From NCBI RefSeq assembly GCF_003018255.1, contig NZ_CP027440.1: 64,000 nucleotides of DNA; one strand, 5' to 3'. This stretch comes from Escherichia coli (GTDB lineage Bacteria; Pseudomonadota; Gammaproteobacteria; Enterobacterales; Enterobacteriaceae). The notes beneath the pieces were generated by a model. The model was not told where the DNA came from, ran no database searches, and saw only the letters and a list, made by a program, of their open reading frames with translations. Position numbers and translations under genes: made by a program. Position 1 is the first letter of the stretch, and each line of letters opens with the position of its first letter. Shown here piece after piece: positions 22,914 to 37,345 of the stretch.

Positions 22914-23963
22914 ATGGAAACCCCTCAACCCGATAAAACGGGCATGCACATTCTGCTCAAGCTGGCCTCGCTGGTAGTGATCCTCGCGGGCATTCACGCA
23001 GCGGCAGATATCATTGTGCAGCTGTTACTGGCGCTGTTTTTTGCCATCGTCCTCAACCCGCTCGTCACCTGGTTTATTCGTCGGGGAGTACAACGCCCCG
23101 TTGCCATTACGATTGTGGTGGTGGTGATGCTGATCGCACTAACTGCGCTGGTCGGCGTACTGGCGGCATCGTTTAACGAATTTATCTCTATGCTGCCGAA
23201 GTTTAATAAGGAGCTGACGCGCAAACTTTTTAAATTGCAGGAGATGTTGCCTTTTCTTAATTTGCATATGTCACCGGAGCGAATGCTGCAGCGGATGGAC
23301 TCGGAAAAAGTGGTTACCTTCACCACAGCGCTAATGACCGGGCTTTCCGGGGCAATGGCGAGCGTGCTTTTGCTGGTGATGACCGTAGTTTTTATGCTGT
23401 TTGAAGTGCGCCACGTCCCTTACAAAATGCGTTTCGCGTTGAATAATCCACAAATTCACATCGCCGGACTACACCGCGCACTTAAAGGCGTTTCGCATTA
23501 TCTGGCATTGAAAACACTGCTAAGTTTATGGACAGGCGTTATCGTCTGGCTGGGGCTGGAACTTATGGGCGTACAGTTTGCGCTGATGTGGGCGGTACTG
23601 GCGTTTTTGCTCAACTACGTGCCCAATATCGGTGCGGTAATTTCCGCCGTACCGCCAATGATTCAGGTGCTGCTGTTTAATGGTATTTACGAATGTATTC
23701 TGGTCGGCGCATTGTTTTTAGTGGTCCATATGGTCATCGGCAATATTTTAGAACCACGGATGATGGGCCATCGTCTGGGGATGTCCACCATGGTGGTATT
23801 TCTTTCATTGTTAATTTGGGGATGGCTGCTCGGCCCGGTAGGGATGCTACTTTCGGTGCCATTAACCAGCGTGTGTAAAATCTGGATGGAAACCACCAAA
23901 GGCGGTAGCAAACTGGCGATTTTACTGGGGCCAGGCAGACCGAAAAGTCGGTTACCGGGATGA
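22914..23963 (+). CDS. yhhT: AI-2E/PerM-family membrane transporter YhhT
   Basis: Start at METPQPDKTGMHILLK gives 349 aa. Confidence 0.78.
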   Translation: METPQPDKTGMHILLKLASLVVILAGIHAAADIIVQLLLALFFAIVLNPLVTWFIRRGVQRPVAITIVVVVMLIALTALVGVLAASFNEFISMLPKFNKELTRKLFKLQEMLPFLNLHMSPERMLQRMDSEKVVTFTTALMTGLSGAMASVLLLVMTVVFMLFEVRHVPYKMRFALNNPQIHIAGLHRALKGVSHYLALKTLLSLWTGVIVWLGLELMGVQFALMWAVLAFLLNYVPNIGAVISAVPPMIQVLLFNGIYECILVGALFLVVHMVIGNILEPRMMGHRLGMSTMVVFLSLLIWGWLLGPVGMLLSVPLTSVCKIWMETTKGGSKLAILLGPGRPKSRLPG

Positions 23964-24017
23964 GGCGACAAGTGTTACGATACGCACTTTCATTTTCCAT
24001 TAAACGTTGGCCCTGAT

Positions 24018-24605
24018 ATGTATCGGATAGTTCTGGGGAAAGTTTCGACCTTAAGCGCAGCTCCACTGCCACCGGCTTTACGCGAGCAAGCACCGCAAGG
24101 TCCACGACGCGAACGCTGGCTGGCGGGGCGTGCATTGCTTTCGCACACGCTTTCCCCGCTACCGGAGATCATCTATGGCGAACAAGGCAAACCGGCATTC
24201 GCGCCGGAAACGCCGCTATGGTTCAACTTAAGCCATAGCGGTGACGATATCGCCCTGCTGTTGAGCGATGAAGGCGAAGTTGGCTGCGATATCGAAGTGA
24301 TTCGCCCGCGCGCCAACTGGCGCTGGCTGGCGAACGCCGTATTCAGCCTTGGGGAACATGCCGAGATGGACGCCGTGCATCCTGATCAGCAACTGGAAAT
24401 GTTCTGGCGCATCTGGACGCGCAAAGAAGCCATCGTTAAACAGCGTGGCGGCAGCGCCTGGCAAATCGTCAGCGTAGACAGCACCTATCACTCATCACTG
24501 TCAGTCAGCCATTGTCAGCTAGACAATTTAAGCCTGGCGATCTGCACCCCTACCCCCTTTACGCTCACCGCCGACAGTGTGCAATGGATCGATTCAGTTA
24601 ACTGA
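24018..24605 (+). CDS. acpT: 4'-phosphopantetheinyl transferase AcpT
   Basis: 195-aa ORF, PPTase-like, adjacent to nik. Confidence 0.8.
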   Translation: MYRIVLGKVSTLSAAPLPPALREQAPQGPRRERWLAGRALLSHTLSPLPEIIYGEQGKPAFAPETPLWFNLSHSGDDIALLLSDEGEVGCDIEVIRPRANWRWLANAVFSLGEHAEMDAVHPDQQLEMFWRIWTRKEAIVKQRGGSAWQIVSVDSTYHSSLSVSHCQLDNLSLAICTPTPFTLTADSVQWIDSVN

Positions 24606-24650
24606 TCCGCCCACCCGACTGCCCATCTATTGATCCAGAACAGGTAATCA

Positions 24651-24678
24651 GTATGACGAATACTTAAAATCGTCATAC
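24651..24678 (+). promoter_or_regulatory. NikR operator in the nikA promoter
   Basis: GTATGA-N16-TCATAC dyad (gtatgacgaatacttaaaatcgtcatac) upstream of nikA. Confidence 0.8.
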
Positions 24679-24715
24679 TTATTTCCGCCATCTATTTTAA
24701 TCCATTGGGGTTACC

Positions 24716-26290
24716 ATGCTCTCCACACTCCGCCGCACTCTATTTGCGCTGCTGGCTTGTGCGTCTTTTATCGTCCATGCCGCTGCACCAGATGAAATCA
24801 CCACCGCCTGGCCGGTGAATGTCGGGCCACTAAACCCGCACCTTTACACGCCTAACCAGATGTTCGCCCAGAGCATGGTTTATGAACCATTGGTGAAATA
24901 TCAGGCAGACGGTTCGGTGATCCCGTGGCTGGCAAAAAGCTGGACTCATTCAGAAGATGGTAAAACCTGGACCTTCACCCTGCGTGATGACGTGAAATTC
25001 TCCAACGGCGAACCGTTTGATGCAGAGGCGGCGGCAGAAAACTTCCGCGCAGTGCTCGATAACCGTCAACGTCACGCCTGGCTGGAGCTGGCAAACCAGA
25101 TTGTTGATGTCAAAGCACTCAGTAAAAACGAGCTGCAAATCACCCTGAAAAGCGCCTACTATCCTTTCCTGCAAGAACTGGCCCTGCCCCGTCCTTTCCG
25201 TTTTATCGCACCCTCGCAGTTTAAAAACCACGAAACCATGAACGGAATTAAAGCGCCGATTGGCACCGGGCCGTGGGTTTTACAGGAATCGAAACTGAAT
25301 CAGTACGATGTCTTCGTCCGTAACGAAAACTACTGGGGCGAAAAGCCAGCGATTAAAAAGATCACCTTTAACGTGATCCCGGACCCGACTACCCGTGCGG
25401 TGGCGTTTGAAACTGGCGATATCGACCTGCTGTACGGAAACGAAGGGTTATTACCGCTCGATACCTTCGCCCGCTTTAGCCAGAACCCGGCTTACCACAC
25501 TCAACTGTCACAGCCGATCGAAACCGTGATGCTGGCGCTCAATACCGCCAAAGCCCCCACCAACGAGCTGGCAGTACGTGAAGCTCTTAATTACGCGGTG
25601 AACAAAAAATCGCTGATTGATAACGCGTTGTATGGTACCCAGCAGGTCGCCGACACCCTGTTTGCCCCTTCTGTGCCCTACGCCAACCTCGGCCTGAAAC
25701 CGCGCCAGTACGATCCGCAGAAAGCGAAAGCGTTGCTGGAAAAAGCCGGTTGGACGCTGCCTGCAGGCAAAGACATCCGCGAGAAAAATGGTCAGCCGCT
25801 GCGCATTGAACTGTCGTTCATCGGCACCGATGCGTTAAGCAAATCGATGGCGGAAATCATTCAGGCTGATATGCGCCAGATTGGCGCAGATGTCTCGCTG
25901 ATTGGCGAAGAAGAGAGCAGTATCTATGCTCGTCAGCGCGACGGTCGTTTTGGCATGATTTTCCACCGCACCTGGGGCGCGCCATACGATCCACACGCCT
26001 TCCTGAGTTCAATGCGCGTACCGTCGCACGCTGACTTCCAGGCACAGCAAGGTTTAGCCGACAAGCCGCTGATTGATAAAGAGATCGGCGAAGTGCTGGC
26101 GACCCATGACGAAACGCAACGTCAGGCGCTGTATCGCGACATTCTGACCCGTCTGCATGACGAGGCGGTTTATCTGCCTATCAGTTACATCTCAATGATG
26201 GTGGTATCAAAACCGGAGCTGGGTAACATCCCCTACGCGCCGATCGCCACCGAAATTCCGTTCGAACAGATTAAACCGGTGAAACCTTAA
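24716..26290 (+). CDS. nikA: Nickel-binding periplasmic protein NikA
   Basis: 524 aa, signal peptide, family 5 solute-binding protein. Confidence 0.93.
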   Translation: MLSTLRRTLFALLACASFIVHAAAPDEITTAWPVNVGPLNPHLYTPNQMFAQSMVYEPLVKYQADGSVIPWLAKSWTHSEDGKTWTFTLRDDVKFSNGEPFDAEAAAENFRAVLDNRQRHAWLELANQIVDVKALSKNELQITLKSAYYPFLQELALPRPFRFIAPSQFKNHETMNGIKAPIGTGPWVLQESKLNQYDVFVRNENYWGEKPAIKKITFNVIPDPTTRAVAFETGDIDLLYGNEGLLPLDTFARFSQNPAYHTQLSQPIETVMLALNTAKAPTNELAVREALNYAVNKKSLIDNALYGTQQVADTLFAPSVPYANLGLKPRQYDPQKAKALLEKAGWTLPAGKDIREKNGQPLRIELSFIGTDALSKSMAEIIQADMRQIGADVSLIGEEESSIYARQRDGRFGMIFHRTWGAPYDPHAFLSSMRVPSHADFQAQQGLADKPLIDKEIGEVLATHDETQRQALYRDILTRLHDEAVYLPISYISMMVVSKPELGNIPYAPIATEIPFEQIKPVKP

Positions 26291-27230
26291 TGTTGCGTTA
26301 CGTATTACGCCGCTTTCTGCTGCTGATCCCGATGGTGCTCGCCGCCTCGGTGATCATTTTTCTGATGCTGCGCCTCGGTACCGGCGACCCGGCGCTCGAT
26401 TATCTGCGTTTATCTAACCTGCCGCCGACGCCGGAGATGCTGGCCTCTACCCGCACCATGCTGGGGCTGGATCAGCCGCTGTACGTCCAGTACGGTACCT
26501 GGTTGTGGAAGGCGCTGCATCTTGACTTTGGTATCTCATTCGCCAGCCAACGCCCGGTGCTGGACGATATGCTGAACTTCCTGCCCGCCACGCTGGAACT
26601 TGCAGGTGCCGCGCTGGTGTTAATTCTGCTCACTTCCGTACCGCTCGGTATCTGGGCGGCGCGCCATCGCGATCGTCTGCCGGATTTCGCCGTACGTTTC
26701 ATCGCGTTTCTCGGCGTGTCGATGCCCAACTTCTGGCTGGCGTTTTTGCTGGTGATGGCGTTTTCGGTATATCTGCAATGGCTACCCGCGATGGGCTACG
26801 GCGGCTGGCAGCACATCATTTTGCCTGCGGTTTCCATTGCCTTTATGTCGCTGGCGATTAACGCGCGGCTGCTGCGCGCCAGTATGCTGGACGTCGCCGG
26901 TCAGCGTCACGTCACCTGGGCTCGGCTACGCGGCCTGAACGACAAACAGACCGAACGCCGCCATATTCTGCGCAATGCCTCGCTGCCGATGATCACCGCC
27001 GTGGGGATGCACATTGGCGAACTGATTGGCGGGACGATGATTATCGAAAACATCTTTGCCTGGCCGGGCGTCGGGCGCTATGCGGTGTCGGCGATTTTTA
27101 ACCGTGACTATCCGGTGATCCAGTGCGTTACGCTGATGATGGTGGTGGTTTTTGTGGTCTGTAATTTGATTGTTGATTTACTCAACGCCGCGCTGGACCC
27201 GCGCATTCGTCGTCATGAAGGAGCGCACGC

Positions 27231-27234
<4 letters not shown>
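26290..27234 (+). CDS. nikB: Nickel ABC transporter permease NikB
   Basis: 314 aa, multi-TM permease. Confidence 0.92.
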
Positions 27235-30038
<2,804 letters not shown>

Positions 30039-30240
30039 GCCTATTATTGGGTCCTTTGGTGAACGATCAACAAAGGGCCACTAGCACACCTGATTCCTCT
30101 CTAAATACCCTATCCGAACCTTCTCTTTTGTAACGTTCTAAATATATTCCTAAAAATCTTCAATTCATTGTGACCACAAGTTTTTCTTCGCTTTTTCGTA
30201 TGAAGATACTGTCATTAAAATAATAGAAAAGGATTTTACG

Positions 30241-33200
30241 ATGAGCGGAAAACCGGCGGCGCGTCAGGGCGACATGACGCAGTATGGCGGTAGCATTGTC
30301 CAGGGTTCTGCCGGGGTACGTATTGGTGCCCCCACCGGTGTGGCCTGTTCGGTGTGCCCCGGCGGGGTGACGTCCGGTCATCCGGTCAATCCGCTGCTCG
30401 GTGCGAAGGTCCTTCCCGGCGAAACCGACCTTGCCCTGCCCGGCCCGCTGCCGTTCATTCTCTCCCGCACCTACAGCAGTTACCGGACAAAAACGCCCGC
30501 GCCGGTGGGGAGCCTCGGCCCCGGCTGGAAAATGCCTGCGGATATCCGCTTACAGCTGCGCGATAACACACTGATACTCAGTGATAACGGCGGCAGAAGC
30601 CTGTATTTTGAGCACCTGTTTCCCGGTGAGGACGGTTACAGCCGCAGCGAGTCACTCTGGCTGGTGCGCGGCGGCGTGGCGAAACTGGATGAAGGTCACC
30701 GGCTGGCCGCACTCTGGCAGGCGCTGCCGGAAGAGCTTCGCCTGAGTCCGCATCGTTATCTGGCGACGAACAGTCCGCAGGGGCCGTGGTGGGTATTCGG
30801 CTGGTGTGAGCGGGTGCCGGAGGCGGATGAGGTGCTGCCTGCGCCGCTGCCGCCGTACCGGATACTGACCGGGCTGGTGGACCGCTTCGGGCGCACACAG
30901 ACGTTTCACCGTGAGGCTGGCGGCGAATTCAGCGGCGAAATCACCGGCGTGACCGACGGCGCAGGCCGTCACTTCCGGCTGGTACTGACCACGCAGGCGC
31001 TGCGGGCAGAAGAGGCCCGGCAGAAGGCCACTTCCGGCGGGACGGAACCGTCCGCTTTTCCTGATACCCAGCCGGACTACACGGAATATGGCCGGGACAA
31101 CGGTATCCGTCTGTCTGCCGTGTGGCTGACGCACGACCCGGAATACCCGGAGAATTTACCTGCCGCGCCGCTGGTACGCTATGGCTGGACGCCGCGCGGC
31201 GAACTGGCGGCGGTGTATGACCGCAGCAATACACAGGTGCGCAGCTTTACTTACGATGATAAATACCGGGGCCGGATGGTGGCGCACCGTCACACGGGCC
31301 GGCCGGAAATCCGTTACCGTTACGACAGTGACGGGCGGGTGACAGAACAGCTAAACCCGGCAGGCTTAAGCTACACGTATCAGTATGAGAAAGACCACAT
31401 CACCATCACCGACAGCCTGGACCGCCGTGAAGTGCTGCACACGCAGGGCGAAGGCGGGCTGAAGCGGGTGGTGAAAAAGGAACACGCGGACGGCAGCGTC
31501 ACGCAGAGTCAGTTTGACGCGGTGGGCAGGCTTAAGGCACAGACGGATGCCGCAGGCCGGACGACTGAGTACAGCCCGGATGTGGTGACCGGACTCATCA
31601 CGCGCATCACCACGCCGGATGGCAGGGCATCGGCGTTTTACTATAACCACCACAGCCAGTTAACGTCAGCCACCGGGACTGACGGGCTGGAGTTGCGCAG
31701 GGAATATGATGAATCCAGCCGTCTGATTCAGGAAACTGCCCCTGACGGCGATATCACCCGCTACCGTTATGATAATCCACACAGTGACTTACCCTGCGCA
31801 ACGGACGATGCCACCGGCAGCCGGAAAACCATGACATGGAGCCGTTACGGTCAGTTGCTGACCGTCACTGACTGTTCCGGTTATGTAACCCGTTATGACC
31901 ATGACCGTTTTGGTCAGATGACGGCGGCGCACCGCGAGGAAGGGCTGAGTCAGTATCGCGCATACGACAGCCGTGGACAGTTAATTGCGGTGAAAGACAT
32001 GCAGGGCCATGAAACGCGGTATGAATACAACGCCGCCGGTGACCTGACCGCCGTCATTGCCCCGGACGGCAGCAGAAACGGGACACAGTACGATACGTGG
32101 GGAAAGGCCATCCGTACCACGCAGGGTGGTCTGACGCGCAGTATGGAATACGATGCTGCCGGACGGGTCATCCGCCTGACCAGTGAAAACGGCAGCCACA
32201 CCACCTTCCGTTACGATGTACTCGACCGGCTGATACAGGAAACCGGTTTTGACGGCCGCACACAGCGTTATCATCACGACCTGACCGGTAAACTTATCCG
32301 CAGCGAGGATGAGGGGCTGGTCACCCACTGGCACTATGACGAAGCAGACCGCATCACGCACCGCACCGTGAAGGGTGAAACCGCAGAACAGTGGCGGTAC
32401 GACGAACGCGGCTGGCTGACAGGCATCAGCCATCTCAGCGAAGGGCACCGGGTGACGGTGCATTACAGGTATGATGAGAAAGGCCGCCTGACCGGTGAGC
32501 GCCAGACGGTGCATCACCCGCAGACGGAAGCACTGCTCTGGCAGCATGAGACCAGACATGCGTACAACGCGCAGGGGCTGGCGAACCGCTGTATACCGGA
32601 CAGCCTGCCCGCCGTGGAATGGCTGACTTACGGCAGCGGCTGGCTGGCAGGCATGAAACTCGGCGACACACCGCTGGTGGATTTCACCCGTGACCGCCTG
32701 CACCGGGAAACGCTGCGCAGCTTCGGCCGTTATGAACTCACCACCGCTTATACCTCTGCCGGGCAGTTACAGAGCCAGCACCTGAACAGCCTGCAGTATG
32801 ACCGCGATTACACCTGGAACGACAACGGCGAACTCATCCGCATCAGCAGCCCGCGACAGACCCGGAGTTACAGCTACAGCGACTCCGGCAGGCTGACCGG
32901 CGTCCACACCACCACCTCAAATCTGGATATCCGCATCCCGTATGCCACGGACCCGGCAGGTAACCGCCTGCCCGACCCGGAGCTGCACCCGGACAGCACC
33001 CTCAGCATGTGGCCGGATAACCGTATCGCCCGTGACGCGCACTATCTTTACCGGTATGACCGTCACGGCAGGCTGACAGAGAAAACCGACCTCATCCCGG
33101 AAGGGGTTATCCGCACGGATGATGAGCGGACTCACCGGTACCATTACGACAGCCGGCACCGGCTGGTGCACTACACGCGGACACAATATGCAGAGCCGCT

Positions 33201-34158
33201 GGTCGAAAGTCGCTATCTTTACGACCCGCTGGGCCGCAGGGTGGCAAAACGGGTATGGCGGCGTGAACGGGACCTGACGGGCTGGATGTCGCTGTCACGG
33301 AAACCGGAAGTGACCTGGTACGGCTGGGACGGCGACCGGCTGACCACGATACAGAACGACAGAACCCGCATCCAGACGGTTTATCAGCCGGGGAGCTTCA
33401 CGCCACTCATCAGGGTCGAAACCGCCACCGGAGAGCTGGCGAAAACGCAGCGCCGCAGCCTGGCGGATGCCCTTCAGCAGTCCGGCGGCGAAGACGGTGG
33501 CAGTGTGGTGTTCCCGCCGGTGCTGGTGCAGATGCTCGACCGGCTGGAAAGTGAAATCCTGGCTGACCGGGTGAGTGAGGAAAGCCGCCGCTGGCTGGCA
33601 TCGTGCGGCCTGACGGTGGAGCAGATACAAAACCAGATGGACCCGGTGTACACGCCGGCGCGAAAAATCCACCTGTACCACTGCGACCATCGCGGCCTGC
33701 CGCTGGCGCTTGTCAGCACGGAAGGGGCAACAGAATGGTGCGCAGAATACGATGAATGGGGCAACCTGCTGAATGAAGAGAACCCGCACCAGCTGCAGCA
33801 GCTCATCCGCCTGCCGGGTCAGCAGTATGATGAGGAGTCCGGCCTCTATTACAACCGCCACCGCTATTATGACCCGCTGCAGGGGCGGTATATCACTCAG
33901 GATCCGATTGGGCTTAAGGGGGGATGGAATTTTTATCAGTATCCGTTGAATCCGATCACTAATATAGATCCTTTAGGATTAGAAACACTAAAATGCATTA
34001 AGCCACTGCATTCAATGGGCGGAACTGGTGAAAGAAGCGGTCCAGATATATGGGGGAATCCGTTCTATCATCAATATCTTTGTGTCCCAGATGGTAAAGG
34101 GGACTATACTTGTGGTGGCCAAGACCAACGGGGAGAATCAAAAGGAGATGGTCTATAG
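30241..34158 (+). CDS. rhsB: Rhs family protein (RhsB-locus): N-terminal region, YD-repeat core ending at PxxxxDPxGL, C-terminal toxin domain truncated by an in-frame TAG
   Basis: 1305 codons; many YD repeats (RYRYD, RYDH, YEYN, TFRYD ...); core-end motif [11 protein letters not shown] near 33945-33977; GC-rich core and AT-rich C-terminus; located between nikR and yhhJ. Confidence 0.88.
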   Translation: MSGKPAARQGDMTQYGGSIVQGSAGVRIGAPTGVACSVCPGGVTSGHPVNPLLGAKVLPGETDLALPGPLPFILSRTYSSYRTKTPAPVGSLGPGWKMPADIRLQLRDNTLILSDNGGRSLYFEHLFPGEDGYSRSESLWLVRGGVAKLDEGHRLAALWQALPEELRLSPHRYLATNSPQGPWWVFGWCERVPEADEVLPAPLPPYRILTGLVDRFGRTQTFHREAGGEFSGEITGVTDGAGRHFRLVLTTQALRAEEARQKATSGGTEPSAFPDTQPDYTEYGRDNGIRLSAVWLTHDPEYPENLPAAPLVRYGWTPRGELAAVYDRSNTQVRSFTYDDKYRGRMVAHRHTGRPEIRYRYDSDGRVTEQLNPAGLSYTYQYEKDHITITDSLDRREVLHTQGEGGLKRVVKKEHADGSVTQSQFDAVGRLKAQTDAAGRTTEYSPDVVTGLITRITTPDGRASAFYYNHHSQLTSATGTDGLELRREYDESSRLIQETAPDGDITRYRYDNPHSDLPCATDDATGSRKTMTWSRYGQLLTVTDCSGYVTRYDHDRFGQMTAAHREEGLSQYRAYDSRGQLIAVKDMQGHETRYEYNAAGDLTAVIAPDGSRNGTQYDTWGKAIRTTQGGLTRSMEYDAAGRVIRLTSENGSHTTFRYDVLDRLIQETGFDGRTQRYHHDLTGKLIRSEDEGLVTHWHYDEADRITHRTVKGETAEQWRYDERGWLTGISHLSEGHRVTVHYRYDEKGRLTGERQTVHHPQTEALLWQHETRHAYNAQGLANRCIPDSLPAVEWLTYGSGWLAGMKLGDTPLVDFTRDRLHRETLRSFGRYELTTAYTSAGQLQSQHLNSLQYDRDYTWNDNGELIRISSPRQTRSYSYSDSGRLTGVHTTTSNLDIRIPYATDPAGNRLPDPELHPDSTLSMWPDNRIARDAHYLYRYDRHGRLTEKTDLIPEGVIRTDDERTHRYHYDSRHRLVHYTRTQYAEPLVESRYLYDPLGRRVAKRVWRRERDLTGWMSLSRKPEVTWYGWDGDRLTTIQNDRTRIQTVYQPGSFTPLIRVETATGELAKTQRRSLADALQQSGGEDGGSVVFPPVLVQMLDRLESEILADRVSEESRRWLASCGLTVEQIQNQMDPVYTPARKIHLYHCDHRGLPLALVSTEGATEWCAEYDEWGNLLNEENPHQLQQLIRLPGQQYDEESGLYYNRHRYYDPLQGRYITQDPIGLKGGWNFYQYPLNPITNIDPLGLETLKCIKPLHSMGGTGERSGPDIWGNPFYHQYLCVPDGKGDYTCGGQDQRGESKGDGL

Positions 34159-34434
34159 GGGCCAGGTAAAGCAAGTAATGATACAAAAGAAGCTGCTGGC
34201 CGTTGTGACCTCGTTGAAACCGATAATAGTTGTGTGGAGAACTGTTTAAAAGGGAAGTTTAAAGAGGTAAGGCCGCGTTATTCTGTATTGCCTGATATAT
34301 TCACACCTATAAATTTAGGGCTATTTAAAAACTGCCAAGACTGGTCTAATGATTCTTTAGAAACATGTAAGATGAAGTGCTCCGGAAATAACATTGGACG
34401 TTTTATTAGATTTGTATTTACCGGAGTGATGTAA
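34159..34434 (+). other. Same-frame continuation of the Rhs C-terminal domain after the TAG (Cys-rich, uncharacterised)
   Basis: No stop in the rhs frame from 34159 to TAA at 34432-34434; encodes GPGKASNDTKEAAGRCDLVETDNSCVENCLKGKF ...; no Shine-Dalgarno before the internal GTG. Confidence 0.55.
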
Positions 34435-34760
34435 TGAAATGTATTATTTTTTTATTCAGAGCTATATGGCTGGCTTTATCGCTTTTAATACTATTCTTTT
34501 CCATGCATAGACTTTCACTATTAGACTCCACTCGTGATGTGAGCGAGTTAATTAGTCTCATGTCTTATGGAATGATGGTAATATGTTTTCCAACAGGCAT
34601 AGTATTCTTTATTGCTCTAATATTTATAGGGACTGTTTCAGACATTATTGGCGTAAGGATTGATAGTAAGTATATTATGGCGATAATAATATGGCTTTAT
34701 TTTCTGTCAGGAGGGTATATTCAATGGTTTGTATTAAGTAAGCGCATTATAAACAAATAA
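34434..34760 (+). CDS. Putative Rhs immunity protein (small 3-TM membrane protein)
   Basis: 108 aa; ATG overlaps the upstream TAA (TAATG); GGAG Shine-Dalgarno 7 nt upstream; three hydrophobic helices; AT-rich. Confidence 0.6.
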   Translation: MKCIIFLFRAIWLALSLLILFFSMHRLSLLDSTRDVSELISLMSYGMMVICFPTGIVFFIALIFIGTVSDIIGVRIDSKYIMAIIIWLYFLSGGYIQWFVLSKRIINK

Positions 34761-34794
34761 ATTAAGTTAATTGCTCTTGTTATTATATGTAACC

Positions 34795-35275
34795 TGGGCA
34801 TTGATATCCCGTATGCCACAGACCCGGCAGGCAACCGCCTGCCCGACCCGGAGCTGCACCCGGACAGCACCCTCAGCATGTGGCCGGATAACCGTATCGC
34901 CCGTGACGCGCACTATCTTTACCGGTATGACCGTCACGGCAGGCTGACAGAGAAAACCGACCTCATCCCGGAAGGGGTTATCCGCACGGATGATGAGCGG
35001 ACTCACCGGTACCATTACGACAGCCGGCACCGGCTGGTGCACTACACGCGGACACAATATGCAGAGCCGCTGGTCGAAAGCCGCTATCTTTACGACCCGC
35101 TGGGCCGCAGGGTGGCAAAACGGGTGTGGCGGCGTGAACGGGACCTGACGGGCTGGATGTCGCTGTCACGGAAACCGGAAGTGACCTGGTACGGCTGGGA
35201 CGGCGACCGGCTGACCACGATACAGAACGACAGAACCCGCATCCAGACGGTTTATCAGCCGGGGAGCTTCACGCC
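34795..35275 (+). pseudogene. Displaced rhs core fragment (near-identical copy of 32930-33407)
   Basis: ORF 34878-35312 encodes [26 protein letters not shown] ... QPGSFTP, matching the internal rhsB segment; the copy ends abruptly at the H-repeat junction. Confidence 0.8.
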
Positions 35276-36570
35276 CAGGGAAAGATCATCAGAAGTACAC
35301 TTTTTGTACTAAGTAATTCGCATTTTATGTTTAAAAATCGAGATATTCCTCATTACCTGAAGCTGTTTTTTATTGCGTATACATGATCAAATACTCCTTA
35401 CATAATTAAGGAGAACAAAATGGAACTTAAAAAATTGATGGAACATATTTCTATTATCCCCGATTACAGACAAGCCTGGAAAGTGGAACATAAATTGTCG
35501 GATATTCTACTGTTGACTATTTGTGCCGTTATTTCTGGTGCAGAAGGCTGGGAAGATATAGAGGATTTTGGGGAAACACATCTCGATTTTTTAAAACAAT
35601 ATGGTGATTTTGAAAATGGTATTCCTGTTCACGATACCATCGCCAGAGTTGTATCCTGTATCAGTCCTTCAAAATTTCACGAGTGCTTTATTAACTGGAT
35701 GCGAGATTGCCATACTTCAGATGATAAAGACGTCATCGCAATTGATGGAAAAACACTCCGGCATTCTTATGGCAAGAGTCGCCGCAGGGGAGCGATTCAT
35801 GTCATTAGTGCGTTCTCAACAATGCACAGTCTGGTCATCGGACAGATCAGGACGGATGAGAAATCCAATGAGATTACAGCTATCCCTGAACTTCTTAACA
35901 TGCTGGATATTAAAGGAAAAATAATCACAACTGATGCAATGGGTTGCCAGAAAGATATTGCAGAGAAGATACAAAAACAGGGCGGTGATTATTTATTCGC
36001 TGTAAAAGGAAATCAGGGGCGGCTAAATAAAGCCTTTGAGGAAAAATTCCCACTGAAAGAATTAAATAATCCAGAGCATGACAGTTACGCAATTAGTGAA
36101 AAGAGTCACGGCAGAGAAGAAATCCGTCTTCACATTGTTTGCGATGTCCCTGATGAACTTATTGATTTCACGTTTGAATGGAAAGGTCTGAAGAAATTAT
36201 GCGTGGCAGTCTCCTTTCGGTCAATAATAGCAGAACAAAAGAAAGAGCCAGAAATGACGGTCAGATATTATATCAGTTCTGCTGATTTAACCGCAGAGAA
36301 GTTCGCCATAGCAATCCGAAACCACTGGCACGTGGAGAATAAGCTGCACTGGCGTCTGGACGTGGTAATGAATGAAGACGACTGCAAAATAAGAAGAGGA
36401 AATGCAGCAGAATTATTTTCAGGGATACGGCACATTGCTATTAATATTTTGACGAATGATAAGGTATTCAAGGCAGGGTTAAGACGTAAGATGCGAAAAG
36501 CAGCCATGGACAGAAACTATCTCGCGTCAGTCCTTGCGGGGAGCGGGCTTTCGTAATCTTGCCCTGATCA
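35268..36570 (+). mobile_element. H-repeat (H-rpt) element, ISAs1 family
   Basis: Contains the 378-aa transposase ORF; both flanks are repeated in the second copy downstream. Confidence 0.75.
35420..36556 (+). CDS. yhhI: H-repeat-associated ISAs1-family transposase (YhhI-like)
   Basis: 378 aa, [32 protein letters not shown] ..., DDE transposase-like. Confidence 0.85.
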   Translation: MELKKLMEHISIIPDYRQAWKVEHKLSDILLLTICAVISGAEGWEDIEDFGETHLDFLKQYGDFENGIPVHDTIARVVSCISPSKFHECFINWMRDCHTSDDKDVIAIDGKTLRHSYGKSRRRGAIHVISAFSTMHSLVIGQIRTDEKSNEITAIPELLNMLDIKGKIITTDAMGCQKDIAEKIQKQGGDYLFAVKGNQGRLNKAFEEKFPLKELNNPEHDSYAISEKSHGREEIRLHIVCDVPDELIDFTFEWKGLKKLCVAVSFRSIIAEQKKEPEMTVRYYISSADLTAEKFAIAIRNHWHVENKLHWRLDVVMNEDDCKIRRGNAAELFSGIRHIAINILTNDKVFKAGLRRKMRKAAMDRNYLASVLAGSGLS

Positions 36571-36611
36571 GACCACCGTTGATCACCATATCCATGAGTT
36601 TATGAATAAAG

Positions 36612-37192
36612 GGCAGGGAAAGATCACGCAACGCTGCTTTTTTGTACTAAATAATTCGCACTAAATATTCAATAATTGAGATATTCCTTATTACCTAAAG
36701 CTGTTTTCCATTGCTTATACATGATCAAATACTCCTTACATAATTAAGGAGAACAAAATGGAACTTAAAAAATTGATGGAACATATTTCTATTATCCCCG
36801 ATTACAGACAAGCCTGGAAAGTGGAGCATAAATTGTCAGATATTCTACTGTTGACTATTTGTGCCGTTATTTCTGGTGCAGAAGGTTGGGAAGATATAGA
36901 GGATTTTGGGGAAACTCATCTCGATTTTTTGAAGCAATATGGTGATTTTGAAAATGGTATTCCTGTTCACGATACCATTGCCAGAGTTGTATCCTGTATC
37001 AGTCCTGAAAAATTTCACGAGTGCTTTATTAACTGGATGCGTGACTGCCATTCTTCAGATGATAAAGACGTCATTGTAATTGATGGAAAAACGCTCCGGC
37101 ACTCTTATGACAAGAGTCGCCGCAGGGGAGCGATTCATGTCATTTCTCGCGTCAGTCCTTGCGGGGAGCGGGCTTTCGTAATCTTGCCCTGA
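36612..37192 (+). mobile_element. Second, internally deleted H-repeat copy
   Basis: Same 5' flank and first ~130 codons as the first copy (36758-37141), then joined directly to the element's 3' terminus ([11 protein letters not shown] coding end). Confidence 0.75.
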
Positions 37193-37209
37193 ATACCGGA
37201 CTGAGTATA

Positions 37210-37244
<35 letters not shown>

Positions 37245-37345
37245 TGGTCAGTTCATAAACGCCTTATCCGGCCTAAAAAAAACTAAAATTCAATAAATTG
37301 CACCAATGCGTAGACCCTATAAGCTTACGCATCGGGCAACTGTAA

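Noticed and set aside
30160-30381. 73-codon minus-strand ORF overlapping the rhs start
   Set aside because: Antisense to the conserved Rhs N-terminus, no Shine-Dalgarno, GC-rich shadow frame.
34028-34249. 73-codon ORF in an alternative frame across the Rhs C-terminus and TAG region
   Set aside because: It overlaps the rhs frame, which is continuous before and after the TAG, and has no ribosome-binding site; the same-frame continuation explains the sequence better.
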